Assembly (NCBI GenBank): GCA_030704615.1
Contig: CM060731.1
Coordinates: forward strand, 17,608,001-17,672,000
From: Takakia lepidozioides
Lineage: Eukaryota; Plantae; Bryophyta
Direction of reading: 5' to 3'
DNA length: 64,000 bases
Shown here: in pieces, positions 1 to 10,330 of the stretch
Numbering within the stretch: the stretch's first letter is position 1
How the letters are laid out: each line of letters opens with the position of its first letter
Notes under the pieces: model-generated
What the model saw: the letters and a program-made list of their open reading frames with translations, nothing else
Databases searched by the model: none
Told to the model about the DNA's origin: nothing
Program-made: the position numbers and the translations under genes

Positions 1-25
1 GCTTTCAATTTTGGAATGACACTCG

Positions 26-511
26 TTATCTCTTGCAATTCGTCATCATCCAATGACGGAGTTGCACTGGCGGAGGAATCTCAGAAACATCCTCCGAGGA
101 CGAGTCTGAAAGAGTCACGAAGGTAGTGGATGTGCTCACCTCTTGTTTCACAGGAACTGTGCCCTTCTGTTGCACGACCGATGCTGCAGTGCCAGGGGTA
201 ACGACCGATCCTGCTGATTGTCTTCTCTCTTTTCCAAGGACACGGTATGTGCCTGGAAGGACTCTCCACTTCCTTCCACACTTGCCAACCAATGGTTTCT
301 CCAAGTGCCCAGAATCCAAATTCCCATCCTCGTCATACACCTCTTTTTGAACAAGGAGAGAACCCAACTCCAGCGGGAACACTGTAACCAGCTCATCCTC
401 ATGAACAACTGCAAACCCATCGTCGTCTGCAGTGGCAGTCAGTGGAAGAGTACCTGCATTGGAATGGAATCGAGCAAGTGTATCTCGCTCCCTCGACATG
501 TTTTCCCTCAC
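26..511 (-). CDS. Putative exon of an unknown gene, divergent from the ParB-MTase gene and probably TE cargo; may continue past the window start
   Basis: 161-codon ORF with protein-like composition (VVHEDELVTVFPLELGSLLVQKEVYDEDG; VKQE and acidic Ser-rich tail). No family recognised and exon boundaries are uncertain. Confidence 0.35.
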   Translation of the reverse strand: MRENMSRERDTLARFHSNAGTLPLTATADDDGFAVVHEDELVTVFPLELGSLLVQKEVYDEDGNLDSGHLEKPLVGKCGRKWRVLPGTYRVLGKERRQSAGSVVTPGTAASVVQQKGTVPVKQEVSTSTTFVTLSDSSSEDVSEIPPPVQLRHWMMTNCKR

Positions 512-1445
512 TGAACGAAAGTTGCGGAATCCTCGAACTGATAGCCCGCAATTACCGAAAGGGGAATTAAGACAAGCAAACCGAGGTCAACAAGGCTAGC
601 TCCAATCCAAAGGTTGCAGGTGATGCATGAAAGGATGTAGGGATGAGATGCACCTTCACTTCGGAAACAGCAACGCCAAGAGGCACTAACCAGAAAAACT
701 GTTTTCAAATACTACAAGAAGCCGTGCTGTTTATGGATGAAAACAAACACTGAAAACGACATGAAACCATCCATTATGAAAAGATGACAACAACCCTGGA
801 GAGCAGTAAACAGGAAGACCACAAATGTCATGAGGTTGTGCTGTGCCAGAAGAGCACAGCACAAACACTGACACTGCAGAAGATACCTCGCACGAATGCG
901 TGCCAGACATGGTCGTATCCGACAGAACCCTTTATGCCGAATGACCCCATGGCGACGGTAACGGTAAACTGCAAACCACAGGGTAGGCAGTACAACACAC
1001 GTGGATGCATATGTGAAGCATAACAATTATTGCGGATCTGCAAGAACTGCTCAAAAATGAACTAGCATTAGATTTCTACGGCACATCCGAATTTGAAAGA
1101 AAGCAAGAAGGCCGCGGTGTATTGGCAGGCGGCGCAGTACATCTGACATATATCGCTAGTGCATGCAACGGATGTACTTTTTTTCTTGCGCTTTATTGTT
1201 TGGATAATACGGAGACGACGGAATGGATGAATTCCGTTCGCACACAATAACAACACCCGCATCCAAATATGGTTGATAACGTCCAATTTTGATTTTGGTT
1301 ACATGCCATAGCAGCACTTGTTACAAACGTCAAACTGGAGAGCTCTAGAGGCATCGTGGGGAGCCCTTGTTTCCAGCGTAGGAGGAAGAGAAGGAAGTCA
1401 CTATACTTCACGAGCTCTAGAAACAGGAATAGAGCCAGAGATAGA

Positions 1446-4400
1446 ATGAGGATGGAAAGAGTGGACGAAGAGGAAAAGGAGATAGAAGAGGGAGTAGAGG
1501 AAAGTGTGGCGATGGAGGAGCAGGAATCAGCAGAAGAACAGCAGCCCGCCATAGTTCCAAGGACAGATGAAGAGGACACTGCATCTGAGGGAGAGACAGA
1601 CGAGATGGAAGAGGATGTTGAAGGTGGCCTCACGAGGAGTCTGCCTGCGGGAAGAGGAAGGGGGAGAGGCTCACGTACACGCTCGGCGCAGAGAGCAGCC
1701 CGAAGCGCAAAGGGTCCCCGACAATTGCGGAGTCTTCTAGAGCAGCCAAGAAAAAGGTGAAATTCTTAAGACCCACATTTCTGTTTCGTTGCTGATATGA
1801 ATATAGCCCACACAGGACATCTGCACCACGCTGAAAGCACCGCAAACTGGAAGCCCAAACAGTGTGCGACAACGCACACTGTTTGGGCCTACCAATTTGC
1901 TTGATTGTTCAGGTGCGAAACGCCCAAACTTGGGCACTACAGCAGGTTCAACACAACCCAAATTGCAACCTCAAACAGTGTGAGTTGAGCTAAACATTTC
2001 ACTGCTGTTTCCGTCTGGATATCGGTTTTCCAGGATATGTATGTCAGGACGACAGAACCCTTCAGTGGCAGCTCAAACAGTGTGCGTTGGCGCACACTGT
2101 TTGAGCTCTACATGTCACGGTTTTCTCCGTGTCGAATTCGCCCTTTAGGGCACGTTTCTGATGATGGAATAACCATTCAGTGGCAGCTCAAACAGTGTGC
2201 GTTGGCGCACACTGTTTGAGCTGAACATGTAAGTGTTTTTTCCGATTGAAATTCGGACTTCCAGGGCAGGTTTATGATGATGAAATAACCATTCAGTGGC
2301 AGCTCAAACAGTGTGCGTTGGCGCACACTGTTTGAGCTGAACATGTCACTGTTTTTTTGGTGTTAAAATTCGGCATTTAGGGCACGTTTCTGAGGATGAA
2401 ATAACCATTCAATGGCACCTCAAACAGTGTGCGTTGGCGCACACTGTTTGAGCTGTACATGTCACTGTTTTTTTGGTGTTAAATTAGGACTTCCAGGGCA
2501 GGTTTATGATGATGAAATAACCATTCAGTGGCAGCTCAAACAGTGTGCGTTGGCGCACACTGTTTGAGCTGAACATGTCACTGTTTTTTTGGTGTTGAAT
2601 TCAGACTTCCAGGGCAGGTTTATGATGATGAAATAACCATTCAGTGGCAGCTCAAACAGTGTGCGTTGGCGCACACTGTTTGAGCTGTACATGTCACTGT
2701 TTTTTTGGTGTTAAATTTGGACTTCCAGGGCAGGTTTATGATGATGAAATAACCATTCAGTGGCAGCTCAAACAGTGTGCGTTGGCGCACACTGTTTGAG
2801 CTGTACATGTCACTGTTTTTTTGGTGTTAAATTGGGACTTCCAGGGCAGGTTTATGATGATGAAATAACCATTCAGTGGCAGCTCAAACAGTGTGCGTTG
2901 GCGCACACTGTTTGAGCTGTACATGTCACTGTTTTTTTGGTGTTAAATTCGGACTTCCAGGGCAGGTTTATGATGATGAAATAACCATTCAGTGGCAGCT
3001 CATACAGTGTGCGTTGGCGCACACTGTGTGAGCTGTACATGTCACTGTTTTTTTGGTGTTAAATTCGGACTTCCAGGGCAGGTTTATGATGATGAAATAA
3101 CCATTCAGTGGCAGCTCAAACAGTGTGCGTTGGCGCACACTATCTGAGCTGTACATGTCACTGTTTTTTTGGTGTTAAATTCGGACTTCCAGGGCAGGTT
3201 TATGATGATGAAATAACCATTCAGTGGCAGCTCAAACAGTGTACGTTGGCGCACATTGTTTGAGCTCTACATTTAAGTGTTTTTCCGGTTTAAATTCGGC
3301 ATTTAGGGCACGTTTCTGAGGATGAAATATCTTGGAGTTTACAATGAACACTTACCTGGCACAAGTAGATGTTCAATGATCATTTACATGTCAAGTGAAA
3401 CAGTGTGCGTCAACGCACACTGTTTGAGCCCACTTTTACATTGTCTTTTTCTGTGGAATTCGGCAACATAGGACATGTCTGTGAGGGTCAATGTACACTT
3501 ACCTGGCAGCTTAAAATAGTGTGCATCAACGCACACTCTTTGAGCCCACTTTTTCATGCCTCAGCCGTCGTTTCATGCCTCTCTAATATCAAGTTGAATG
3601 AACAACCCTGCAGGAGAAGATGCAAAGTGTGGCAGATGAGGTCCCTTCGGGTCAGGAGAAGGAGATAATTGTTGATGTGGACGATGAGTTCTATGAAAGC
3701 AAAGCCGCTGAGATGCTGGGGGGTCAGAAGGTAAACTCTCAGCTTGTGGTGCAAAGTATGCTTGCCCCGGGTGGGAGGTTGAAGATTCCCCTGTGTAGGT
3801 TGGTTTCCATGTCCGTCGTTCGTACACCCCTCGTCAAGGACATTCTCAAGCTGGAGCCGAGTTTGTGCATGGGTATTTGGATGGATCCGCAGTCTTTTAC
3901 GTTTCTACTAGGGATTCCAAAGGTAATGAGCTCCTCATGGATCAGTCAATCGTGGACTCCTGGGACCCCATTTGGAGACAGCTGAACGAATCCTTCGAAC
4001 TTCTTCTCTCCAGGAAACCTTCCACCCAGGCATTCTCGGCAAAGATGTTTCACGTTTGGGATGGGAACCACCGCTTGCTTGCATGGATGGCTGTCATTGG
4101 GAGGCTGCACTCACAGGAGGAAGAGTGGCATTACTCTGTTCGATCGATGGTGCTGGATTGTGACGGGAACATGATGGGTCTTCTGACGGCAATGAATGAT
4201 GTGAACAGGTTGGTTTCTCATTCTACATGTTCCACTTGTGGTTCCGTTCTTCTTTGATTGAAGACCTTGAATTTCATTCTGACTTGCAGATATCATTCTG
4301 CAGAGGAACGGAGACATCGCATGTCAAAACGAGTTTGGTTCACACACTGTATAGATACAAAGGATAGGGCAGATGCCCTTGACCAACTTCAAGACCATCC

Positions 4401-7400
4401 TTTCAGCGGAGATGTACAAGAAGTGCGAAAGCTCCAAGACATCGGAAACGTGGTACTCGTTGACCCGTGAGGCTTTCATGGAGTACATGTACACGGTGAG
4501 ATACATCTTCCTTCATCTGGTCTTCCATATTCCACATGTTTGTTTCTGTTTGTTTCCCTTGACCTTGTGCTGATGCAACTCTCTTGCATTCCCTTGCAGC
4601 AAGACATTGCAGATGCAGGGGAGCGTGGCAAACTGGAATACTACAGCTCTACCCCTGAGGAGAGAAGGACAGCAAAGGGGGTTGAGAGTCGCATCCAGAA
4701 AGAGATGACCGCTACAAGAAGGACTATAATGAGTGCTTTCGTGAAGCAGTTGAGAATTGCCGACCCATCATTCGGACCGCAGTTTCTCCTGGAGATAAAA
4801 AACCATTATAACAAGCCAGGCAAGCCAGAAATGGCCCAGGAGAAGTTGCACAGGTTGTCTACCGCCGTTGTGTCTCCAGAACAAAAGGTGAAGTGGCTGC
4901 AGATATGGAACTCCGATCCCACAGTTAGGGATACCCACATGTTCCCAAGGCCGGAGAAAGAGAAGAAGACCCAGCGTGTCATTCCTGTCAGTGACAATGT
5001 GCTGGACACCTGGCTTCACAAGGCCACTTACTGGAGCCAGGTGTGATGTCCTTCCCTGTGTCACTGTCTTTTCTCTTTTCCTGTCCTTATCTTTCTATTG
5101 CCTCTTACATTCGCTGTGATTGCTTTTGGGTTCATTCTTGCATTTGTATTGTTTTGCAGTTGGAAGAAAGGGCCAGATCGGTTCTGCATACTCAGCTGGC
5201 TGACTATGGCATCAGTATGATAGCACCGAAGGTGTCCTTCGAAGCATACATGAGGAAATGGAGAGCCACAGTGTGGCACTCTTGTTTCTTTAGAGAGTTC
5301 AGCAAGGAGGGTGGCATCAGTCGAACAAATGAGCTGGACCAGCAAGAAAAAGGAGAGGAAGCCTGGAAACGATGCCTTTACAGGTGCACACTCTTGCACT
5401 ACTTATTTGTGCTGTGGTTGCAATGTGTTGTGTGGCATACTGTTGAAGGGGGTCTTCCTGGTGTGATGGAAAAGTTGCCACACAATATTTCCATTGTAAA
5501 ATGAGGCTGTCTCTGTTGCTGCATGGTACATAAAGTTTGTTCTCCTGGAAGAGAATTGCCTGGACAAACATCCGGATTTCGTGGACCTGTGGCTTGTCCC
5601 TGCTGGCAACCAGACCATGTTTACTACTGGGATCTTGCATGACTGGGGCCCAGACCATCTTTCTTCTTGTGGTTGGTATTTGGATTGCCCTCCTTCTGAG
5701 ACCCCAGCTCCAGAGGTGTCTTTGAGGAGAGAGAATGACCGTATTGCAGCCACTGCCGCAGCAGCAGACCTCAACATTCATGAACGTAATTTGAGGACTC
5801 TTGCAGAGAAGGAGCCTCCCGCTCAGGATACCCCAGGTAGAGGAAGAAAGGCAAAGGGAAAAGATGTTGCTGGTGTTGTTGGGAAGGGAAGGGGTAGAGG
5901 GAAGGTGGCACAAGGGCAGGGAAGTGTTGCAGATATTGGCCCTGTGGAGCATGTCCAGCAGACTCCACCGCATGGTAGGGGATCCGGGAGAAAAAACAAG
6001 GGGGTGGTTGATCCCAAGGACCCGTACCATGCAGTGGAACATCCCACGAGGGTCATTCGCCCAACCAGGTTGGAGATCGCCAACGTCGGGTTCCTTGCCA
6101 TGATGGAGTCGAAGAAATCTGATTACAAGGGCGAGCCATCACCAGTGTGGGACAGATTGTGCAGTTCCTCAGCACGGTGCGTGTTCTCTTTGGGTTCTGT
6201 GGCTTCTGTTGTTTTTGTCTGCTGTGGGCATGGATCGTTTCTAAACTTGTGAGAATTCCATTGTATTTTTGTTTGCAGGCTAAAATGACCAAATCCTGGG
6301 TGAACGGGAAGGAGAAGCCATATGCAGCCGAACTCATCATCTTGGACATCCCTGATGGGTTGGCAGTCCCGGATATCCCTCCATCGGGTGCTTGTCCGGG
6401 TTGGAATGCTTTTGATGAGCGCTATTGGCGGTGGGTTTTCTCCTTTTGCAACTTCTTCCTGTCCGATGCTGGTGTTTTGGTGCTCATCCAGTCCATCGAC
6501 GGTCGGTGTCGCCGTGCACTTTCCAGCTATTTGAAAGCCTCGGGCATGAGAGTCGTGAAGACATAGAATTGTGTGAACAGCATGTACCTTACGAAGGGGG
6601 ATCGTCCGGGAGAGATGGTGAGTTTGCCTTCTTCTTCCTCTTCTTGGTTGTTCTCGGATGGGGTTGTATAGGTCGCTTGAACTCATATGTAGGGGCCCGA
6701 TTTTTTTTTGCTTCTTAGTTCCTTGTGGATGTCATGTTCGCAGACTCGTCTATTTGAAGCTGTTTGTCTCGTCCGGGTGCATCCACAAACGACTCCGGCC
6801 GACATTACCGAGTTTGCCATCACTCATGGGGCCAAGTTCATAGATGACAGGATAGATCCCCCCACGGATGACATGCATCACAACTACGTCGACAGCAACG
6901 TGTGCTTGCGAAGGGGGAATGGGGTTCCTTGGAGAGGGGCGAGGGAGAGGAGCCCGGCTTTCATTCAAACGATTGTGGAGTGCTGCACCTACACAGACGC
7001 CAGAGTTCTGGATTTGTCGATGGGCACAAGTTCGTCTCTTCAACATTCACATTTCATGAGGTTTGATTGAGCTTGCACTTTCAGCACTTCCCACCGTTCC
7101 AAATGTGTCTTCAATGTCTTCTTCATTCATTCTATTCCACTGCAGGTGCTTCTTACCACGCTTGCAAGGCCAGTGCGCGACATCTCTTTGGGATTGAAGG
7201 GGATGCTGAGATTTACAAGAACCTCCTGATGGGTTTGGGTGGACACACTTCTCAAGTCCTTCCGAAGCCCCGTCCCGTTGATACTAATACAGATGAGACT
7301 TCTGACAAGGAGCTGGACTCCGGCTTTGCCTGTGAGTAAGTTCAACCTTTGCATGCTTGCATTGTTGTTTCAATATCGAGAATCGCTGTTCTTGAGGCAA

Positions 7401-7723
7401 AGTGCACATAGGAGACATCCTCTTTGTTGGACTTGTGCATTGCATCATTGTGTTAAAAATGGGGTTTTGTGGACATGTGCAGGAGTCCGCGTGCTTCCAC
7501 TTGCCCTCCAGGGCTATCACACCTATTTGGACTTGTTTGCAGTCCTCCTCGGTCTTGCGTGCTACCTGTCTATGCGGAGGCACTCGCAGCAAGCATGTCC
7601 GTTCATGGGACTCCGAGTCCACCTTACGACGGCCTTCGTAGAACACGTGGTGTTGGGGCCAGAATCTTTGTAGATGACATAGCACAGGAGGTGGACACTG
7701 ATTGTGATGACTGCGACACTTGA
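1446..7723 (+). pseudogene. Multi-exon gene encoding a ParB/Srx-like domain fused to a beta-class amino (N4C/N6A) DNA methyltransferase-like domain; disrupted in this copy
   Basis: Hand-spliced exons with GT/AG ends: 1446-1756, 3614-4208, 4304-4495, 4600-5040, 5160-6176, 6279-6617, 6744-7029, 7146-7335, 7483-7723 (~1200 codons after repair). ParB-like: IPLCRLVSMSVVR..LE(A)EFVHGY..FHVWDGNHRLLAW (DGNHR at 4060-4074)..AMNDVNR. MTase-like: ELIILDIPDG (motif IV-like, DIPDG at 6345-6359), LSDAGVLVL, RERSPAFIQTIVECCTYTDARVLDLSMGT-SASYHACKASARHLFGIEGD (motif X/I/II-like). Frame breaks at ~1751 (inferred), ~3857, ~4353, ~5499 and ~6148; in-frame TAG at 6564-6566. Confidence 0.75.
1853..3547. repeat. 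Tandem array (116-bp period) of a 40-bp palindrome CAGCTCAAACAGTGTGCG-TTGG-CGCACACTGTTTGAGCTG
   Basis: Core copies (GCTCAAACAG position) at 2071, 2186, 2302, 2418, 2534, 2650, 2766, 2882, 2998, 3114 and 3230. Degenerate copies at 1853, 1969, ~3397 and ~3509. The consensus has an 18-bp perfect stem and 4-nt loop, and the inter-palindrome segments are nearly identical. Confidence 0.97.
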
Positions 7724-8085
7724 TATGAAGTTTTCTTTTGGTTTAATTCTGGGCCAAATTTGAAATGGGATGGTTGTGTGTCCTTGTTGTCCTGTTTGCA
7801 ATGTGTGCGTGGAATTCACATTCATGGTTACAAACTATTGTTGGAGATGGGGGTTGCATGGACTGCCTGGATTGTTCCTTCAATCTATTTGGTGTTTTGT
7901 GGACCTCACAGACTTAAGTACATTGCGAAAACAAACAAACCACTTTGGTTCGTGTAGAGCATCCTCGCATCATTTGCTAGTTGGTCCCCAAACTATTCCT
8001 GCTAGAAGAATGGTTGGTGGATCCATCACGGTGAAGTCCACCTCATCAAAAACTGTTCAGGCATTCTCAATTCTACCCAAATCAA

Positions 8086-8237
8086 CCCGCGGAAATAGGT
8101 GACACCACTCGGAAAATAGGTGACATCCGCGGAAATAGGCATTGTTTGCATGCTGACGTGGCGTGAGCCTGTACTGGGCTCACGCTTTCCTGGGCTCACA
8201 GGCTCACGCCTCCAGGCTCACGGAATAGCACCCCCCC
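8086..8237. mobile_element. Unclassified TE terminus-like segment abutting the truncated transposase
   Basis: Short internal repeats (GGAAATAGG-like x3, GGCTCAC x4) ending in GGAATAGCACCCCCCC. Shares TGACGTGGCGTGAGCC with the insert at ~31787-31925. Confidence 0.45.
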
Positions 8238-10330
8238 TATTCGACCTACCTTACTGGAAGGTAAACATTCGGCTTTCAAGATCAACATGCATTTGCCTGT
8301 CATTCAAGCCCTGGTCCTTTACTGATAATTTGATCTCTTCAGGAACTGCCGCATTTGTCTAATGGTTGTACAGGTTTTGCATCTATGTGTAGGATCTCCT
8401 CATTCAACACACACTGGACCCTATGCATTGCGAGAAAAACCTCTGTGAAAACATAGTGAAGACTATCCTTGGAGAAAAAGACACTTTGAAATCTAGGAGG
8501 GATTTGGAAGGAGATGGGATCCGGCAGGACTTGTGGGTGCGACCCCATGGAAGCAGAGCAAATACGGTGTTAATGCCACCAGCCCCTTACATCTTGAGTG
8601 CAGAGGAGCATAAATTATTTTTGAAGACTCTGTCATCGTTGAAGGTGCCCACCGGGTATGCATCTGCATACAAAAAACACGTGGAGGATGGAAAGTTGAC
8701 GTATTTGAAGAGTCATGATTATCACACACTAATGCAACAAATCCTTCCATTGTGTCTACCTGGTTTGATGGAACCTGGTCCACGACGTGCCATAATGCGA
8801 GTGTCAAGAGTTTTCAGGAAATTGCAAGGTTGTAGATCCTGCAGATATGCACTCTCTACGTGAAGAGGTTGTCATCACGTTGTGTCTCCTAGAAAAAGAG
8901 TTTCCACCTCGTTCTTTGATGTCATGACTCACCTGCTGGTACACTTGGTTGATGAGTTGGCTATCTGTGGACCTGTAAACACGAGGTGGATGTATCTGGT
9001 GGAGAGGGCAATGAAATACCTCAAGGGATGTGTTCGTAATAAGGCAAAACCTGAAGGCTCCATGGCAGAAGGGTATGTGTTGGATGAGGCACTAGGGTTT
9101 TGTACCGAGTACATGGCAGATTTCCCCGCAACCAGGAGGCAAATTTGGGATGCCGATGAGGACGAGGGAGTGGAGGGAGTGGCTGGGGAGGTCCTCGAAG
9201 GCGCTGGCAGAACTCGCAAATTGGATGTGGATTTGCGCAGTCTAATTCACGATTATGTCATTAACAACCACACGAGCATAGCTCCTTGGATTGAGTGAGT
9301 ACTGTTCCTTAGCACTTTCTAGCAAGTTTGCATGTGTGTGAATTTCATTTCATGGTGGACGGTGACAGTTCATTTACCAAATTTGTGCTCTCGATTGCAG
9401 AAACTATGAAAAAGCCCAAGCAGATGTGGAATCAGGTCGGTCTGCTTTTTGGGGAGAGATACTTGGCAACGTGGAGCCTGGTCACAACGTTGAGAACACA
9501 GAATATCCTGCGCATTTGCAATTACTGCCTCCTTTTCAATCTTGGTTGGCTCAGGCTGTAGAAGATGATGTGGCTGCAGGAATGAGGGATGATGAGGTGC
9601 TCTTGGAGGAAGTGATTGATCTGTCAAGACCCCCGTCTGTGAATGCAGTGTCATTCAAGGGACTGAGTGCGTATGGGAACCACTACAGGGCCAGCACAGT
9701 CCGATCTAACCAGTTGGTCACATATGACAGTGGGGTGAGCTCTATGTTTGAACATGAGGACTGTCAAGTGCGCTATGTGGGCATTGTGAAGGAAATATTA
9801 CAAGTGGAGTATGACAAAACTAAAGTTGTCATCTTCATTTGTGGGTGGGTTTGTGCAAAAACTGTGGGGATGAATGCCTCCATGAAGAAGGATGAGTTTG
9901 GGTTTACCCTGGTTAATTTCAAACACATGTTACTAGCTAATGATCAACCCTGCTTGTTTCCATCACAAGCTGAACAGGTTTTTTTTTCAGATTGTGTGCA
10001 AGAAAAAGGATGGAAGGTTGTGTTGGAGAAGAATCCATGATCGCTGAGAGTGGTGCATGATGTGTCAACTTCACTATCGGACAATACAGATAGCAGTGGC
10101 ATGTCAGCTCCCATTCGGCTCATTGATGATGTTCGAATTGGTGGACAACCATGTACTCGCCCTGTCCTTGCAGTAGAGGTCACTGAAAAAGCCATGGAAG
10201 CTCTGTTCAAGACCCCCATTGGGAATACAAAGGTGCCTGCACAAGAAAATGATGAAGCAAACTGTGAGGAACATTCAACTTCAAGCAGTGAGGATGAAGA
10301 CAATCTACCTTATATAGACTTGCAGTTAGT
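8237..10330 (+). pseudogene. CACTA/EnSpm TnpD-type transposase, 5'-truncated (DUF4218- and DUF4216-like regions present, Transposase_21 core missing)
   Basis: Exons 8237-8260, 8393-9294, 9401-~10330. Motifs LFDLPYWK/DLLIQHTLDPMHCEKNLCE, LKSHDYHTLMQQILP, LEKEFPP(S)FFDVMTHLLVHL..GPV..RWMY..ER..LKGCVRNKAKPEGSMAEGY, YVGIVKEI..KDEFGFTLVN..PSQAEQVFF. Frameshifts at ~8825 and ~8909; TGA at 10038-10040. The 3' end is approximate. Confidence 0.92.

Noticed and set aside
709-722. TACTACAAGAA resembling the Spm left TIR CACTACAAGAA
   Set aside because: The first base mismatches, it does not pair with either right terminus, and there are no subterminal repeats.
2050-3330. CRISPR array (palindromic repeats plus spacers)
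   Set aside because: The segments between palindromes are near-identical rather than unique spacers, no cas genes are present, and the context is an intron-containing eukaryotic locus.
2155-3330. Hammerhead ribozyme array (CTGATGA/CTGAGGA..GAAA in some units)
   Set aside because: Only a few units have CTGANGA, and GAAA follows after one base, leaving no room for helix II; most units read TTATGATGATGAAA.
5317-6686. Long minus-strand ORFs (241 aa, 187 aa)
   Set aside because: They are antisense shadows of the plus-strand ParB-MTase exons and carry no recognisable motifs.
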